From contig CM060731.1 of assembly GCA_030704615.1 (NCBI GenBank), forward strand, positions 11,408,001 to 11,472,000: a stretch of 64,000 bases of DNA. Reading direction: 5' to 3'. The position numbers were made by a program, and so were the translations under genes. Shown here in pieces: positions 14,751-26,290 of this stretch (its first letter is position 1; each line of letters opens with the position of its first letter). The DNA comes from Takakia lepidozioides. Taxonomy: Eukaryota; Plantae; Bryophyta. The notes under the pieces are model-generated. The model was given only the letters and a program-made list of their open reading frames with translations. It did not search any database and was not told the DNA's origin.

Positions 14751-15260
14751 CGCGCCCGGGTCCTCCCGTTCTCATTCACCCCATGGAAAGAGTCATCCGT
14801 CCAGTCTATATTCTCATCCGCCCACGCTGCTTTCAACCATGGATGAAACTCCCAATAATGGAAGCGAAAGGATGGAACCTTACCCTCATCCATCCCTGGA
14901 GACAAAACGCTAGGGCTCCACACCGAAACATTCATCCAAATTGGGTGCTCGATACTCCGACAATAAGACTCTCTGACAAAGGCACATGTGGATTCGAGCC
15001 CACGACCTACAGCTCTGAGTTGTCTGTTAGAAGGTTCCAAAGTGGAATGATGATGTGTCGGGCGAAACGGACAGGTGCCGCCACCGGCGAATCATTCGTT
15101 TCTCATCCACAGCAATCCACCCAACAGTTTATCTCAACCGTTCATTCGTGGCCAATTCTGCATATCATTAAGAGGGGTGAAATTAAGAGTGACTGACAAT
15201 CCCCAGAATTAGCCATAAAATCATTCCCTAACCTTGGCAAGTCAACCCACCCTCTAAATA

Positions 15261-15965
15261 CCGTAGTGGGAAGGCTGATCCGGCACTAAATAATTAGCCT
15301 AATAATTAAGTGAAAATTTAGGAAAAACTGCCAAAATTCCAGAAACTTTACAAAAAAATGCCTAAAATCTCAAACAAACTCCAAATATCAAATCCTCCAA
15401 ATGCATGTTTCAAGGCATAAAGCTCTAGGAAAATATTTTCCTTAGCTCTGAGAAATCCTAGAATAATTGGCTGAACAATCACTGCATTTGATGATTGACC
15501 AGATGTTCTCATGGCTCTTAACAACCCACATAATTTGTTTTTTTTATCGTTTGTTTATTTTTGAAAAAAGGGAAACACCTGGGAGCGCCAGCTCACAAAT
15601 TTGGCCCCTGAGTAGTGAGAGGAGAAAATAACCTCTTTCATTTATGCACCATGGAGGCGAATGAGTGGGACACCGAGGAACCATATCACACCCGTAAGTA
15701 GCAAGATTTGACCCCATAATCATCTGGGTGGCACTCAGTGCACTTAACCATCTAAGCTACTGACTGTTGGTACATAATTCTTTTACCACATCTGGTACAG
15801 TAGATAGAGCAAGTTCATGATGCTCGGAGTCACCGCCGAATTACTTAAAATCTATCGTGGCATTGCCATAAAATCTAGAAATTTCCTTAAGTTGTGCCGA
15901 AGTGTTTTGTTGTAAAGAAAATAAATATTCGGCACTTCACTGCCGGATCAGCCTTCCCACTACGG
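15261..15965. mobile_element. Non-autonomous Tc1/mariner-type MITE
   Basis: Perfect 27-bp inverted repeat TACCGTAGTGGGAAGGCTGATCCGGCA (15259-15285 / 15941-15967), including a TA target duplication; no ORF. Confidence 0.8.
15536..15771 (-). mobile_element. tRNA-derived SINE nested in the MITE
   Basis: Minus strand: A-box-like TAGCTTAGATGG, B-box-like GGTCAAATC, A-rich tail; 8-bp direct repeat ACATAATT at 15528-15535 and 15772-15779. Confidence 0.6.
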
Positions 15966-16149
15966 TAATGCCTAAATTATTTTATTTTATTTTAGGGAGC
16001 TATGTAGGCAGTTCAGTGACACCTATTATTGTTGGTCTACCCTCTAGCTCTCTCTCTCATACAGTCTACTACCCTCTATATGTGGGAGTAAAGAAAAATG
16101 TAACAAATATAGAAACAGAATCTTTCAAAAATCATACTTGGAGAAGGAA

Positions 16150-18673
16150 TCTTCTTCTTTTTTAATAAGAGAACAGGGGGATTGTAGCCCTATAAAACTT
16201 TATTAATGAAGGGTAAGGAAAAAATAACCTTACAGAAGCCATAAGGCAGATGAATTAGGTGCCACTCGTGACCAGTAAACCAGAGTTCATGAAGAGAAGC
16301 AGGGGCAAAGCCCAGAGCAGAAAAAAGACCAAGGAGTAGCACTTCATACTCCCAGAGAACACTACAATGAGAAGATGAAGAGCAAAGGAGGAGAAGGGCC
16401 AAGCCCCGTGACCACCTAGCGCATTAAAAGTTGCTAATTCTACATGTTACCACGTTTCCTCTTTGGAGCTTCAAAAGACAGATGAGTCTTTGATTTTCCA
16501 TTTCTAAGGCTACGCTTGTGCATCCAATTGACTTCCACAACCTCAGATTTCCAGCGGAGAATCCTTAGTATTGACAGAGCTGCCAGCAGTTTGGGAGACC
16601 TTCTTGCCACGAGATCTCTGAATCTGATATTCTTCTGCAGATAACCCCTCATTTCCCCATGAATCGTCAAAGGAAGAGAGGAGCTGGGCTCTCCTTCTGT
16701 CTCTACCCCTGGAAATTGTTGCTACCAACACACCCCATGATTTCCTAGCTTCAGACATCAAGTCTGAGTGAGCTAGAGTCAAAAGCTTTTGTAAACAAAG
16801 CACAATATTTTGGAAGATTATATTAGAACATCGCATTTTCCAAATTTGCCAAAGAAAGATCCCTCTTAAAGACTCCCACACAGGGCATGAGAAAAACACT
16901 CTCATGTCCTTAATGTTGAGAAGAAGGGCAGAATCAGAGAAGAAAATATTATTATCCCATGGGGCATAGAAGGAAGAGACTTGATTCCATACTGCAATTA
17001 CAAAAGGGCAACGAACAAGACAGTGGTCCAAACCCTTTGGAACGTTCAAGTTGTAGATAAGGCAAGGATTAGGCGGATCTGATGACATCTCCCACAGGTT
17101 CGATCATGTTTGCCATTTTCCAAAGAAATGCCGAGGCTTTAGATGATCTCTGTCTTCTCCAGACATCAGCCCAGACTGTCTTCCAAGGTATAGGTTAGCC
17201 ACCTAAGTGAGTCCATTTATTGGACCATTTCTGATCGAAGGTTTGCTTAGGCATGAGGAGAGAATAGCCACTCTTCACTGTGTAGGAAAAAGAAATGACT
17301 CTGTTTCTTATTCATCCAAGCCCACTCTCCTGGATCAAACTGTAACAAACTGACCGGGGCAAAGAGAAACCAAATAAAGGTATTTCTGTAATGCTGCATC
17401 TCAATGGGAGGGATTGGATTGGATTTACCAGTGGAAGAACAAATGACCTTGATGTCATAAAAGTCCATGCTGTCTGCAGGGCTAAGAGTATGCGAGCAAG
17501 ATAATGCACCATTGGCGCTGACTTTAAAAGCGATACCAGATATACAACCTTGCAATATAGAAATGGCATAGAAAGCTTTCAGCACGTCCCTTTCTAATAA
17601 CCCTAGCCAATGAGGAGTTTGAATAAGGTATCTGTTTGAGAGGTGATCAGTCCAGCTTTGGGGTAAGCCACCAATGATGGTTTCCCAACCAGAGTTGACT
17701 CTTCTTTGTGAGAACCCAGCTACAGCCTCCTTGGAGAGGATGAGTACATTTTTTCTGGTTCCAAAAGTGTAGCAGGTGAGACAACCCCGCAGCTTCCCAA
17801 TGGGACCACCATTCAGAGCAGATTACTAACTCCTCCGAATCCCTGTTGTAATTCCCAAAAAGGGGCTATCTGATGACTTCTGCAAAAAAAGATGGCAAGG
17901 ATTGAACAAGAAGCCTTTGAGTTTGCACCATGCTGACCACATGGATTGCCAAGCCTTCGAACCAACACATGGATTTATGTTGGATTTGTCTCCTTGCACT
18001 GTCCACTTCAGCGAGGGAGGCCAAAGAGGGCTTGAAGCAGGCCTTACGGCTGCCAGATGATACTTAACGATTTTGCTCCATGGGCTAGAGAGGTTCAAGA
18101 ATACTCTTGGTACCCATTTTGCAAGTAAAACAATGATGTGAGACTATGGATCCAGCACCCCTAGACCCCCGTGTTTCTTTTTTTGAAAGATTTGGTTCCA
18201 GCTCACCAAAGCTCTTTTATTCTCAGAGGCAGAAGTCGCCCCCCAAATGAAGTTCCTCACTAAGGACTTGATCTTTTTTACGATGGGGGTTCTCGGGGCC
18301 TAGACAACAGAAGTAAAGCAGGAAGAACCAAGCAAAATTTGGTTGGCCACTAAGGCCCTACCCACCACTATCAGGTGCAATGAACACCAATGAGACAATT
18401 TCTTTTTAAGTCTCGAGAACACCAGCAAAGCGTGAATCATCGCTTAAGTCGTGTCCAATCTGATGTCCCAGATAGAGGTGAGCCTGCCCATTAGGAAACC
18501 ATTTCAAGCCCAGATCATCACCCCGGTGTTGACAATGCCTTCCACTGCTACCATCGGACAGCCGACTAAGAATCGCCACCGACTTCTCCCAATTTATTTT
18601 CAAGCCAGAAACATCGCAAAAGCACCCGAGAGAGCTCAAGGCAAAATTGACGTTGGAGGTTGTAGAGCTTCGG
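16150..18673 (-). mobile_element. 5'-truncated, degenerate L1-like LINE (C-terminal ORF2 plus 3' UTR)
   Basis: RT-end motifs FCDVSGLKINWEKS and YLG, GGLGVLD, zf-RVT-like DHCLVRCPFVIAVW and LWQIWKMRC; many stops and frameshifts. Confidence 0.8.
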
Positions 18674-20059
18674 AAAAAAAAAAAAAAAAAAACAAAAAAA
18701 CAAACTAGAATGTAACACTCTATGAGGGGGGAAAATGATTATATGTATCACGTAGGCTCATCAACAACAAAGTAGGAATCCAATGGTGATTGTCTTGAAC
18801 ATGCAATTTAGCAATGTCCTTATCCAAGGTTAGGCATTTTTTTATCACCAAGTTGGTGACTTCTTCATCATGTTGGTGTAAGAAAATATAAATATTGGAA
18901 AATGCCTCACGAACAATTGAATAAGGCATACGAGGAACCACAACCTGTATTTCTACATTTTCTTCTTCCCCATATCTATTTTCAATGGTCGCATGTTAGT
19001 GAAAACTGCTTAGGTTAATAAAGTATGTTGTAGTAGCTGATTGTTTTAATTGTCCCATGTTAGTGAAATTAAAGAGTTTGAATGATCCCTATGTTAACCT
19101 TAACTTCCTATAGATAGAGTTTGTTTAACCTTAAAATTTCCTACCGTGGACAGTATAACCAAGCTAACCACCTGCCACAGTACATCCAAAAATATGAACC
19201 TTATAAATCAGTCGCTACGTCCTACCACATACATCCATAATATACCAAAATTGCAAAGAATTCCACCACAAGAATTATAAGATTATAGTGCTTTGGTGGG
19301 GGTTGTTTATTTGGGGAAATTTGAGAAACCTACAATGTCAGGTTTGACCAAGAAATGGCTATCGGGTTGATTTTTTCTGGGCCAGCCGCACCTATGTCCA
19401 TATCCTATTCCAAGGTATGCAAGCATGCACAAATTTCATGCCAAACTGCCAAAGGATGCTACATGCTCTTTGTATGTGTTCTTTAGGGGTTCAGATATGG
19501 GCTAGAAGGTGGAGTTTCTAACATCGTCAAAAAGTGTACAGAAATCCAAGAATTATTTTCTATCCGAACCGTGAGAGAATGAGTTCCTATCATGTTCATC
19601 ATAATGTCAAACTTTCTTGGGAATCCATTGGTGAATTTTTCAAAATTTGAGGCCTCAGTGGGGCCAAGTGTTTTGGAGCTGGCTGTTGCATGCAACAATA
19701 GAAAGTTGTCACGCATGTGGTCAACCCTGCCTGACCCTCTCCTTACTTAACCCAACGTTTTTGCAAAATTCTGCAGGTCAGGGTTTTCAATTCAATTTGT
19801 GGGTGGGGACCATGTTATCAGCAAAAATGTTGCTTCAACAATTATTTAATTTCAAAAAAATCTCAGCAAGATATCCCCATATTTCTTACAAGTCGCAACC
19901 CGAATCGGGTCGCGCAGGAAGGTAAGGGTCAAGTAAAGGAGCTATGGCATCAGACCATTTATGTAGTCTTGTTGTACATCTACATATACATACATGCATC
20001 TGAAAAAAAGTAATACTTATGAAGGGTCATTTAAAAAATGAGCCGAGCAAAAAATTATC

Positions 20060-23000
20060 CTAACACATAAAATTCCTAATGCTTGCTTTGCAAAATTCAG
20101 GAGTGAAAGAAAAAAGATAACAAACAAGCGGCTCGTCGCGTAATGGCTCCTCCTTATGGTGAGCACCTATTAGAATATTATGATGATGATATATGTTGGT
20201 AGCATGGAATGTAATTAGGTAATTTAAAAGCAATAAATACAGGTTTGTGCTGTCCAATATGCTTATGCCAGATATACAGTGTTGGTGAGGTGCATTTGTC
20301 CAAACATGGTCTAGTTGAGATCCATAAATAGTAGTACTAATTGAGAATTGGAGTTGCATGTGAAAAGAAAACATGAGTTTTTGCAATTGATTTGTTGTTA
20401 CGGTATTACTTTGTAAAAGATCTACATTAAAATCCCCTATTATTATTGTTGGACATGTATGTGGGATGAGCTTTTTGAGAGAAGATAAGAAAATAGGTAA
20501 TTGTAGTGTTGGAGGTTTATAGACCGCAATTATGTGAATTGGTTTCCTGGTATTCAAATTAAATGTTGCAGCTATATATTCAGCACCTTCATTTGAAAGT
20601 GTTTAATTTGTTGTTAATGACATAGTATGGTCATATATTACAAGTGTTCCATGGCTTGCATGAAGGTCGCTAGATAAGAAAACATTGTAGTATTACGGAA
20701 CAATTCAATGTTTGAATTTGTTGGATTGAAGTTAGATTCATTGAAGCACATTATATGAGATTGTTGTATGTTAAAGTCGGGAAAAACATCCTCTTTATGT
20801 AACGACAATGATCTAGTGTTTAAAGATTGCACAATGACATGGGATTCTCTATAAGATTTGGGAATGGAAATTAATAGCTTCCAACGAGCACTAGTGCGAA
20901 GCCGTTGTATTTCATCGGTAACACCAGTATCAACATGCAAATTGTTTGATTGCAAAGGTGTGATAAGATATAAATTTTCTTTTTGTCAAATGCGAGAAAG
21001 TGCCGTGTATGTTAGACCATGTTTATTTACACCCTTAGGGTCGAACGCTAAATAATCAAAAGTTAATCGTTGGAACCGATGGATAGTTCGAGCGGAAGCC
21101 AATTGAATTGGAAATTGGGTTATGGTAATGATATGTTTCGTATTAGATCCTATTTGTATTTCTTTTGAAACTGGTTGGATTGACGTCCACAACGAACAAT
21201 TTGGTAGTTTTTTATATTCTCTTGATTAATATATAAATACTTATTTTTTTGCACACGTAACAATTCCCTATTTCGGATTATTAAATTGGATCCATATTAA
21301 AATAGGTGAATTTGACAAAACAGAGAAATATTTAAAAATTCCATCGGCTCGATTCACAAGTCCATCATGTGCTGCATAATTTCCTGCGCACAATTCTATT
21401 AACATATCTTTCTTAACATGAATCGTTGTATGCAAACCTGTTGTGGCATTGGCATTATCGAGCAACGCCTTAACATTTCTTTATCCATATAATATAAATG
21501 TGAAAATGTAGGATCGTTAGATGGTGGACGACAACATTGATTGTTAATAATATGTATATCATCTTGCGTTTGTGTGGCTGTTCTTAGTCGATTCAATATA
21601 TATATATAAACTGGGTATCTGCTTGACGCATAACTTGGTTTAGCTCATAACATGTAAAATTTTGAGCTAATGAAGTTGCAGGTCCTTCATTTATTTTCTT
21701 AAAAATCCAAGAATCTCTCATGTTTTCCACCATACCCACTTTAGGTCACATCTGTAGAGATGACAAGTTGCTTGCAACCACTTGACGCCAAATCAGAAGC
21801 AAAGTTCCTTTACAAAACACACGTGAATTCCTTTTAAGTTCTTTTGGTTCTTCTCTTAATAAGCTTAGATATTACAGTTGTTTTCGGAAGAAAGAAAGAT
21901 GGTCAGTCCTGTACATAATCCTCATTTGTGGTCCAGAGGAGCTGAAACCAGGGCTATATTTTTGGTAGTCCGCAATTATGTATGTTGTAGCTTTTGAAGC
22001 AGCAATCTTGGGCTGTATTCACATCAGAGTAGTGATAAGAACTTGTGCTTGTGTGAGTCTGATGCCTGCGACCACCGGATGGCAGATCATTTGGTCTATT
22101 TGAGGACATCCTGAAGCACACTAACATGAATTTTCATGGATGATCGACAAAGCTCTAGGACCAGTGACATTACTCCACAATATGTCCAAATCATTTACAA
22201 GTTTAGCTTCATCAAGTTCGATCAATTCACAGGTGGTGCGTGATAAAAAATCTCCAGTAATTATGACGTCTAGGTTTCCGAAAAAATGAGAGTGTATGCG
22301 TTTGATTGACCTTAATCTCATGTCTGCAAACATAAGCATTTTCAATGAAAGATACTTCATCCAAAACCATGAGTTGAAGTTGGTCAAACGATTTTGCCAG
22401 TGAATCTAATCGTTCTGATCCAACAGATGGCAACTCTTTACAATTTAGCGGAATATTAAGTCCTGATTCCATCTATATTGAATGCGACTTTTCTTGTATA
22501 TGCCATTAAAATTGATTTTCGTTTCACTGGATCACTTTCGGGTGTCTATTATATAGTCTAAGTAAACCTTGGATAAGTACCAATAAAGTGAATGTTTTCC
22601 CAGTGCCTACTCCTCCTGTAAAAAATAATTGTATATTTGGTACTTCATCATGGGATATATGTTTTCTGTGCATACAATCATAAAAAATAGCACGTTGTTC
22701 TTGATTGAGTTTACGTAATTGTCTATAGAACTCACAATTTGGAATAATGTTGTCTGATGTATCACATGTATTAGCCTCGGGTATTGTCGAATCATTGGTT
22801 TGGGGTTTGCAATGGAATTCTGTATTTATATCATATGGTTCAATTTGTGCAAAGTTTATGAATGGATGAATTTGATCACTATCGTCAACATCTACAAATG
22901 TGTCCATCCATATATCGTTGTTATTATGTTTTGCTAATTCATGAACTTAAATCTGTCTAATCCGTTAGGTTATCTTCCACAAAAGCAAATACAAATTTCT

Positions 23001-23270
23001 TCCAAATAAATAATATAGATTATTTATGAGCAAGATATGCATCATGCCAAGTTGCATGGTTATGTTTTTGTGATTCTTCAATGTTTTGAACCCAATGAAA
23101 TAATAATTGTTCTCAACAAAAAAATTCAAGATCACGGTGCTCATTATAGTGGACGTATCGAATGATTTGTGATTTTTTGCGACGAGTGATTTTGTTTCCT
23201 AGAAATTGTAGTCGGCAATAAATTCTGCCAATGTTACGTTTTGCAATGTATCTAGACGATCAATATATTT
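20060..23270 (-). mobile_element. Degenerate Helitron/Helentron-type PIF1 helicase followed by an AP (EEP) endonuclease
   Basis: PIF1 motifs LNQEQRAIF, FTGGVGTGKT, LMVLDEVS, FGNLDVIITGDF, LNRLR, GLVN, QFPIQLASARTIH, YTALSR; then EEP motifs SLNTRSL, MCFNES, IAVYKPP, IIGDFNVD, LDHVWTN. AT-rich with multiple frameshifts; Rep (HUH) domain not recognised. Confidence 0.8.
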
Positions 23271-24726
23271 ATCAAAAGGTGGCCATTTTGGTCCACATCA
23301 TAGGTATGGATTTGAAGTGGCAAAATCATTTGTCATTTGACTCATATGGACTAATATATGTCAAAAAAATAGGCGTTTTTTGAAAAGTCCATAGTTCATC
23401 TTGTTTTTTGGATTTTGGGTGTCATTTGTTTTCTAGAAGTATTAAAACCTATAATCTTCAATGGCTAGGTGGCATATTGAATTTTTTTTGTAAACTCTAA
23501 TTTTTAGTTTTTCATAATTTCTCGAAATAATAGACTAAAATATTTAATGAATTATATCTTTAATATTTGGGATAGGAGCCGTTTTTGGTCCACTCAACCC
23601 TGCAACTGCCCTGTGCTTCTCTTGGTAAACCACCTCCTGCCACAACACCGCGGCTGTTAGATAACTGCAGATCTGCCAACGCTCAGCTACCTTGGCTCTG
23701 AAAACATACGGGTCGTTGTCTAGCCAGTCAAAGGTCCCCCGCGAGAAATGAAATAAAATAGTATTTTATAATGTTCACGGAAAGCTCAAAGAGCTTACGG
23801 GACAAAATAGAAAAACAAGAAAGAGAAGAAAGAAAGCGCACTCCAAATGACTCATTGCAGTCTGATAGACCCTAACGTCTTTCATCTTTGCTCAAGCTTA
23901 CCGCCGATCACCTCGTAGCATTTAGAAGATACAGTAAAAATGACGACTTGTCAGTGCTCATGTAGCTGTGCATACTGTTGTTCTGAACAGTTTAGGTCTT
24001 CGTGATAGATGTAGCTGATAACTAGGCTATAGTAAAATATGCTCAATACACAGACAGAAAATGTATAATCTACTTAAATTACGAAAGAAAATAGATCTAA
24101 TTTACTATCAAAATTCTTAAATAATAATATAAAATATCCAATTTTAGGGCAGGTGTTATCCGGGGAAGGTGTAACATGGAGTTGACATTTTTTTGACATT
24201 GATGGGTAGTCTCCTCTTTAGGAAAGAGCCAATAAAGAGGATTAATAGATATGGAGACTGTAGTCCATCCATACAATTATACTGTATATCTCCAAATGAC
24301 AAATTATGCCAACTTCGGCCAACTAGATTTTTTTCCCTCTCAGCTCCATATAATTGAGTCTTTCTCAATTCAATGTTTAAGCAGACAATTGAGCGCGATC
24401 TACAAAGCTCCCCCTTCTCCTCATAACCGACCACTCCCTTCCCCTCGTGTCTCAAATGAATGGATGACAAACAGCTGCAATGGGTTCAATGTCCTTTGCA
24501 CATGGATGAAAAGACGTTGGAGTATCAAGTTATGCATCCACTCGCAACCTACAAGATTCAGGAGGACAACTTTCTTGTTGAAGAGCTTTGCAAATTCTAA
24601 GTACACACTGTCAATCCTTCTGTCTGCGGTGTGAACAAGGCCCTGAATGTGAGAGATCAATCACATAATATCAAACAAGGCACAATGATGCCAATAATTC
24701 AGAAATTGGATATGTTTAATATGCAC

Positions 24727-24744
24727 GAGAGAGAGAGAGAGAGA
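24727..24744. repeat. (GA)n microsatellite
   Basis: About 9 consecutive GA units. Confidence 0.9.
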
Positions 24745-25099
24745 GTCCACAAGAGGGACAAGTACATCACCCAATGAAGGGGATCTATATATGGTGAGAC
24801 ATCTTCAATATATCTTGAAAAATAGGTCCATAGGCTCTTGCTAAGGCAAATCTAGAAAGTAGATCATACTATGCCACAAATAATATGTCATGTGCATAAT
24901 TAGGATTTGAATGCAGTGCAACGATATAAAATATTCTTCTAAGATGCTCTTTCTTACATCATGAAATCAATCTCAAAAAATTCTAAACTTGATGCAATAC
25001 CAAAGAAATTCTTTAAATTGACTAATTGACCATTGATAATATCTTATTAACAAATGACCAACAATATTTTAGCTGAAGGCAATATGCCACATTTCTGAC

Positions 25100-25590
25100 G
25101 CTCCCAAGTGTAATCACCCTTATTATCTGCTAAAACAAAAATGATCAAGATCAGACCCTTGACGATAATCCCATAACTCCTCTTAATGACATCTGCAAAA
25201 TCGTATATAATTTTAGCTATGAGACTCCAATCTCTCTTCTCCAAAATCATCAAACTTGAGTTGAAAAATAGATCATCTTTGATCACATCAATGTTGGCCC
25301 ACAGATTTGATTGATCTAATACTCTTGTCAAAACATTAACCATCATCTAGTTTTTTTTCTTAGACTTTGAGAAAGTTTTTGATAGATTTGGTGAAACTTT
25401 TATTTTCAAGGCAATCCAGAAAATAAATATCAACAAGTCTTCCCTTTGTAAGATCATTATCCTCTTTCATTTAGCCTTAAGCAATATTACTATTAATAGA
25501 CCGTATTTTTCAATATTATTCCAACTTCACCGTTTGGTGAGACAATGTTGTATATTGCTTGTTTCATTTTTTATTTAATTGTGGCGATTG
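25100..25590 (+). mobile_element. Highly degenerate LINE reverse transcriptase fragment
   Basis: LDFEKVFDR (~25359) resembles the RT LDFEKAYD motif; a degenerate RGVRQG-like motif lies at ~25530. Confidence 0.55.
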
Positions 25591-26094
25591 ACTAGTCTCC
25601 CCCAAGACGTGACATTGCTAACGTAATCATCCCCCAATAATTGACCTGGACCTTGTGGTATGAAGGGGGTGTTTTTTTATCCTTTATAATAAAAACCTCT
25701 CGCTTATGCAGATCAGGGAGGCTAAACTTGGCGAGAAAAAACCAATGCATGACTTGGCGGATGTCAAGCATTTTGCACACGCGGCGTTGGTATTTACTTC
25801 ATAAATCCAACAAAAAGTTGCGATCAGTGTCTATTGAGACATGGAACTCATTACAAAAGTTGAGCAAAAGTGTCTCTTTCCTAAATGCTTCTGAAATGAA
25901 CACGATAACTCATCATTTGCATCCTGAATCAAAATACATTCATCACATGGGCCAAGCAGTTCTCGATATGTGAGTAATTTTGTCTTTCGTTCATTGGTTT
26001 ATTGCACGTTTGTTTCTATAACATGTATGATTGTAAGTGTCTTTGCAGATCTGCTACAAGTGAAATGCTTATACAATTTCAGACTCCACTCGGC

Positions 26095-26290
26095 AGCTTG
26101 AAGGGAATAGTACCATTACCCTTGATCTGAAGAGCACTGTCATCACCAAGATACACATTTCTGTCACCTGGAAGGTCTTCGTAGGTAGAAAATCATTCTC
26201 TGTGCGAGGTCATGTGCTGAGAAGCACCAGAGTCGATGTACCAAGTGTCGTCACTCGGAGCTACAGACAAGGCAGTCACAAACAACTCAC
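26095..26290 (-). mobile_element. Ty1/Copia protease-region remnant
   Basis: Minus-strand translation DDTWYIDSGASQHMT followed by V.LGDDS.LQIKGNG. Confidence 0.7.

Noticed and set aside
14729-15196. 103-aa and 137-aa ORFs upstream of kinesin
   Set aside because: No recognisable motifs; they overlap the promoter region.
15695-15765. Functional tRNA gene
   Set aside because: Degenerate B box, no convincing cloverleaf; the tail and TSD indicate a SINE.
18674-18708. Poly(A) plus CTAG as a Helitron 3' end
   Set aside because: No adjacent hairpin and no matching 5' TC end identified.
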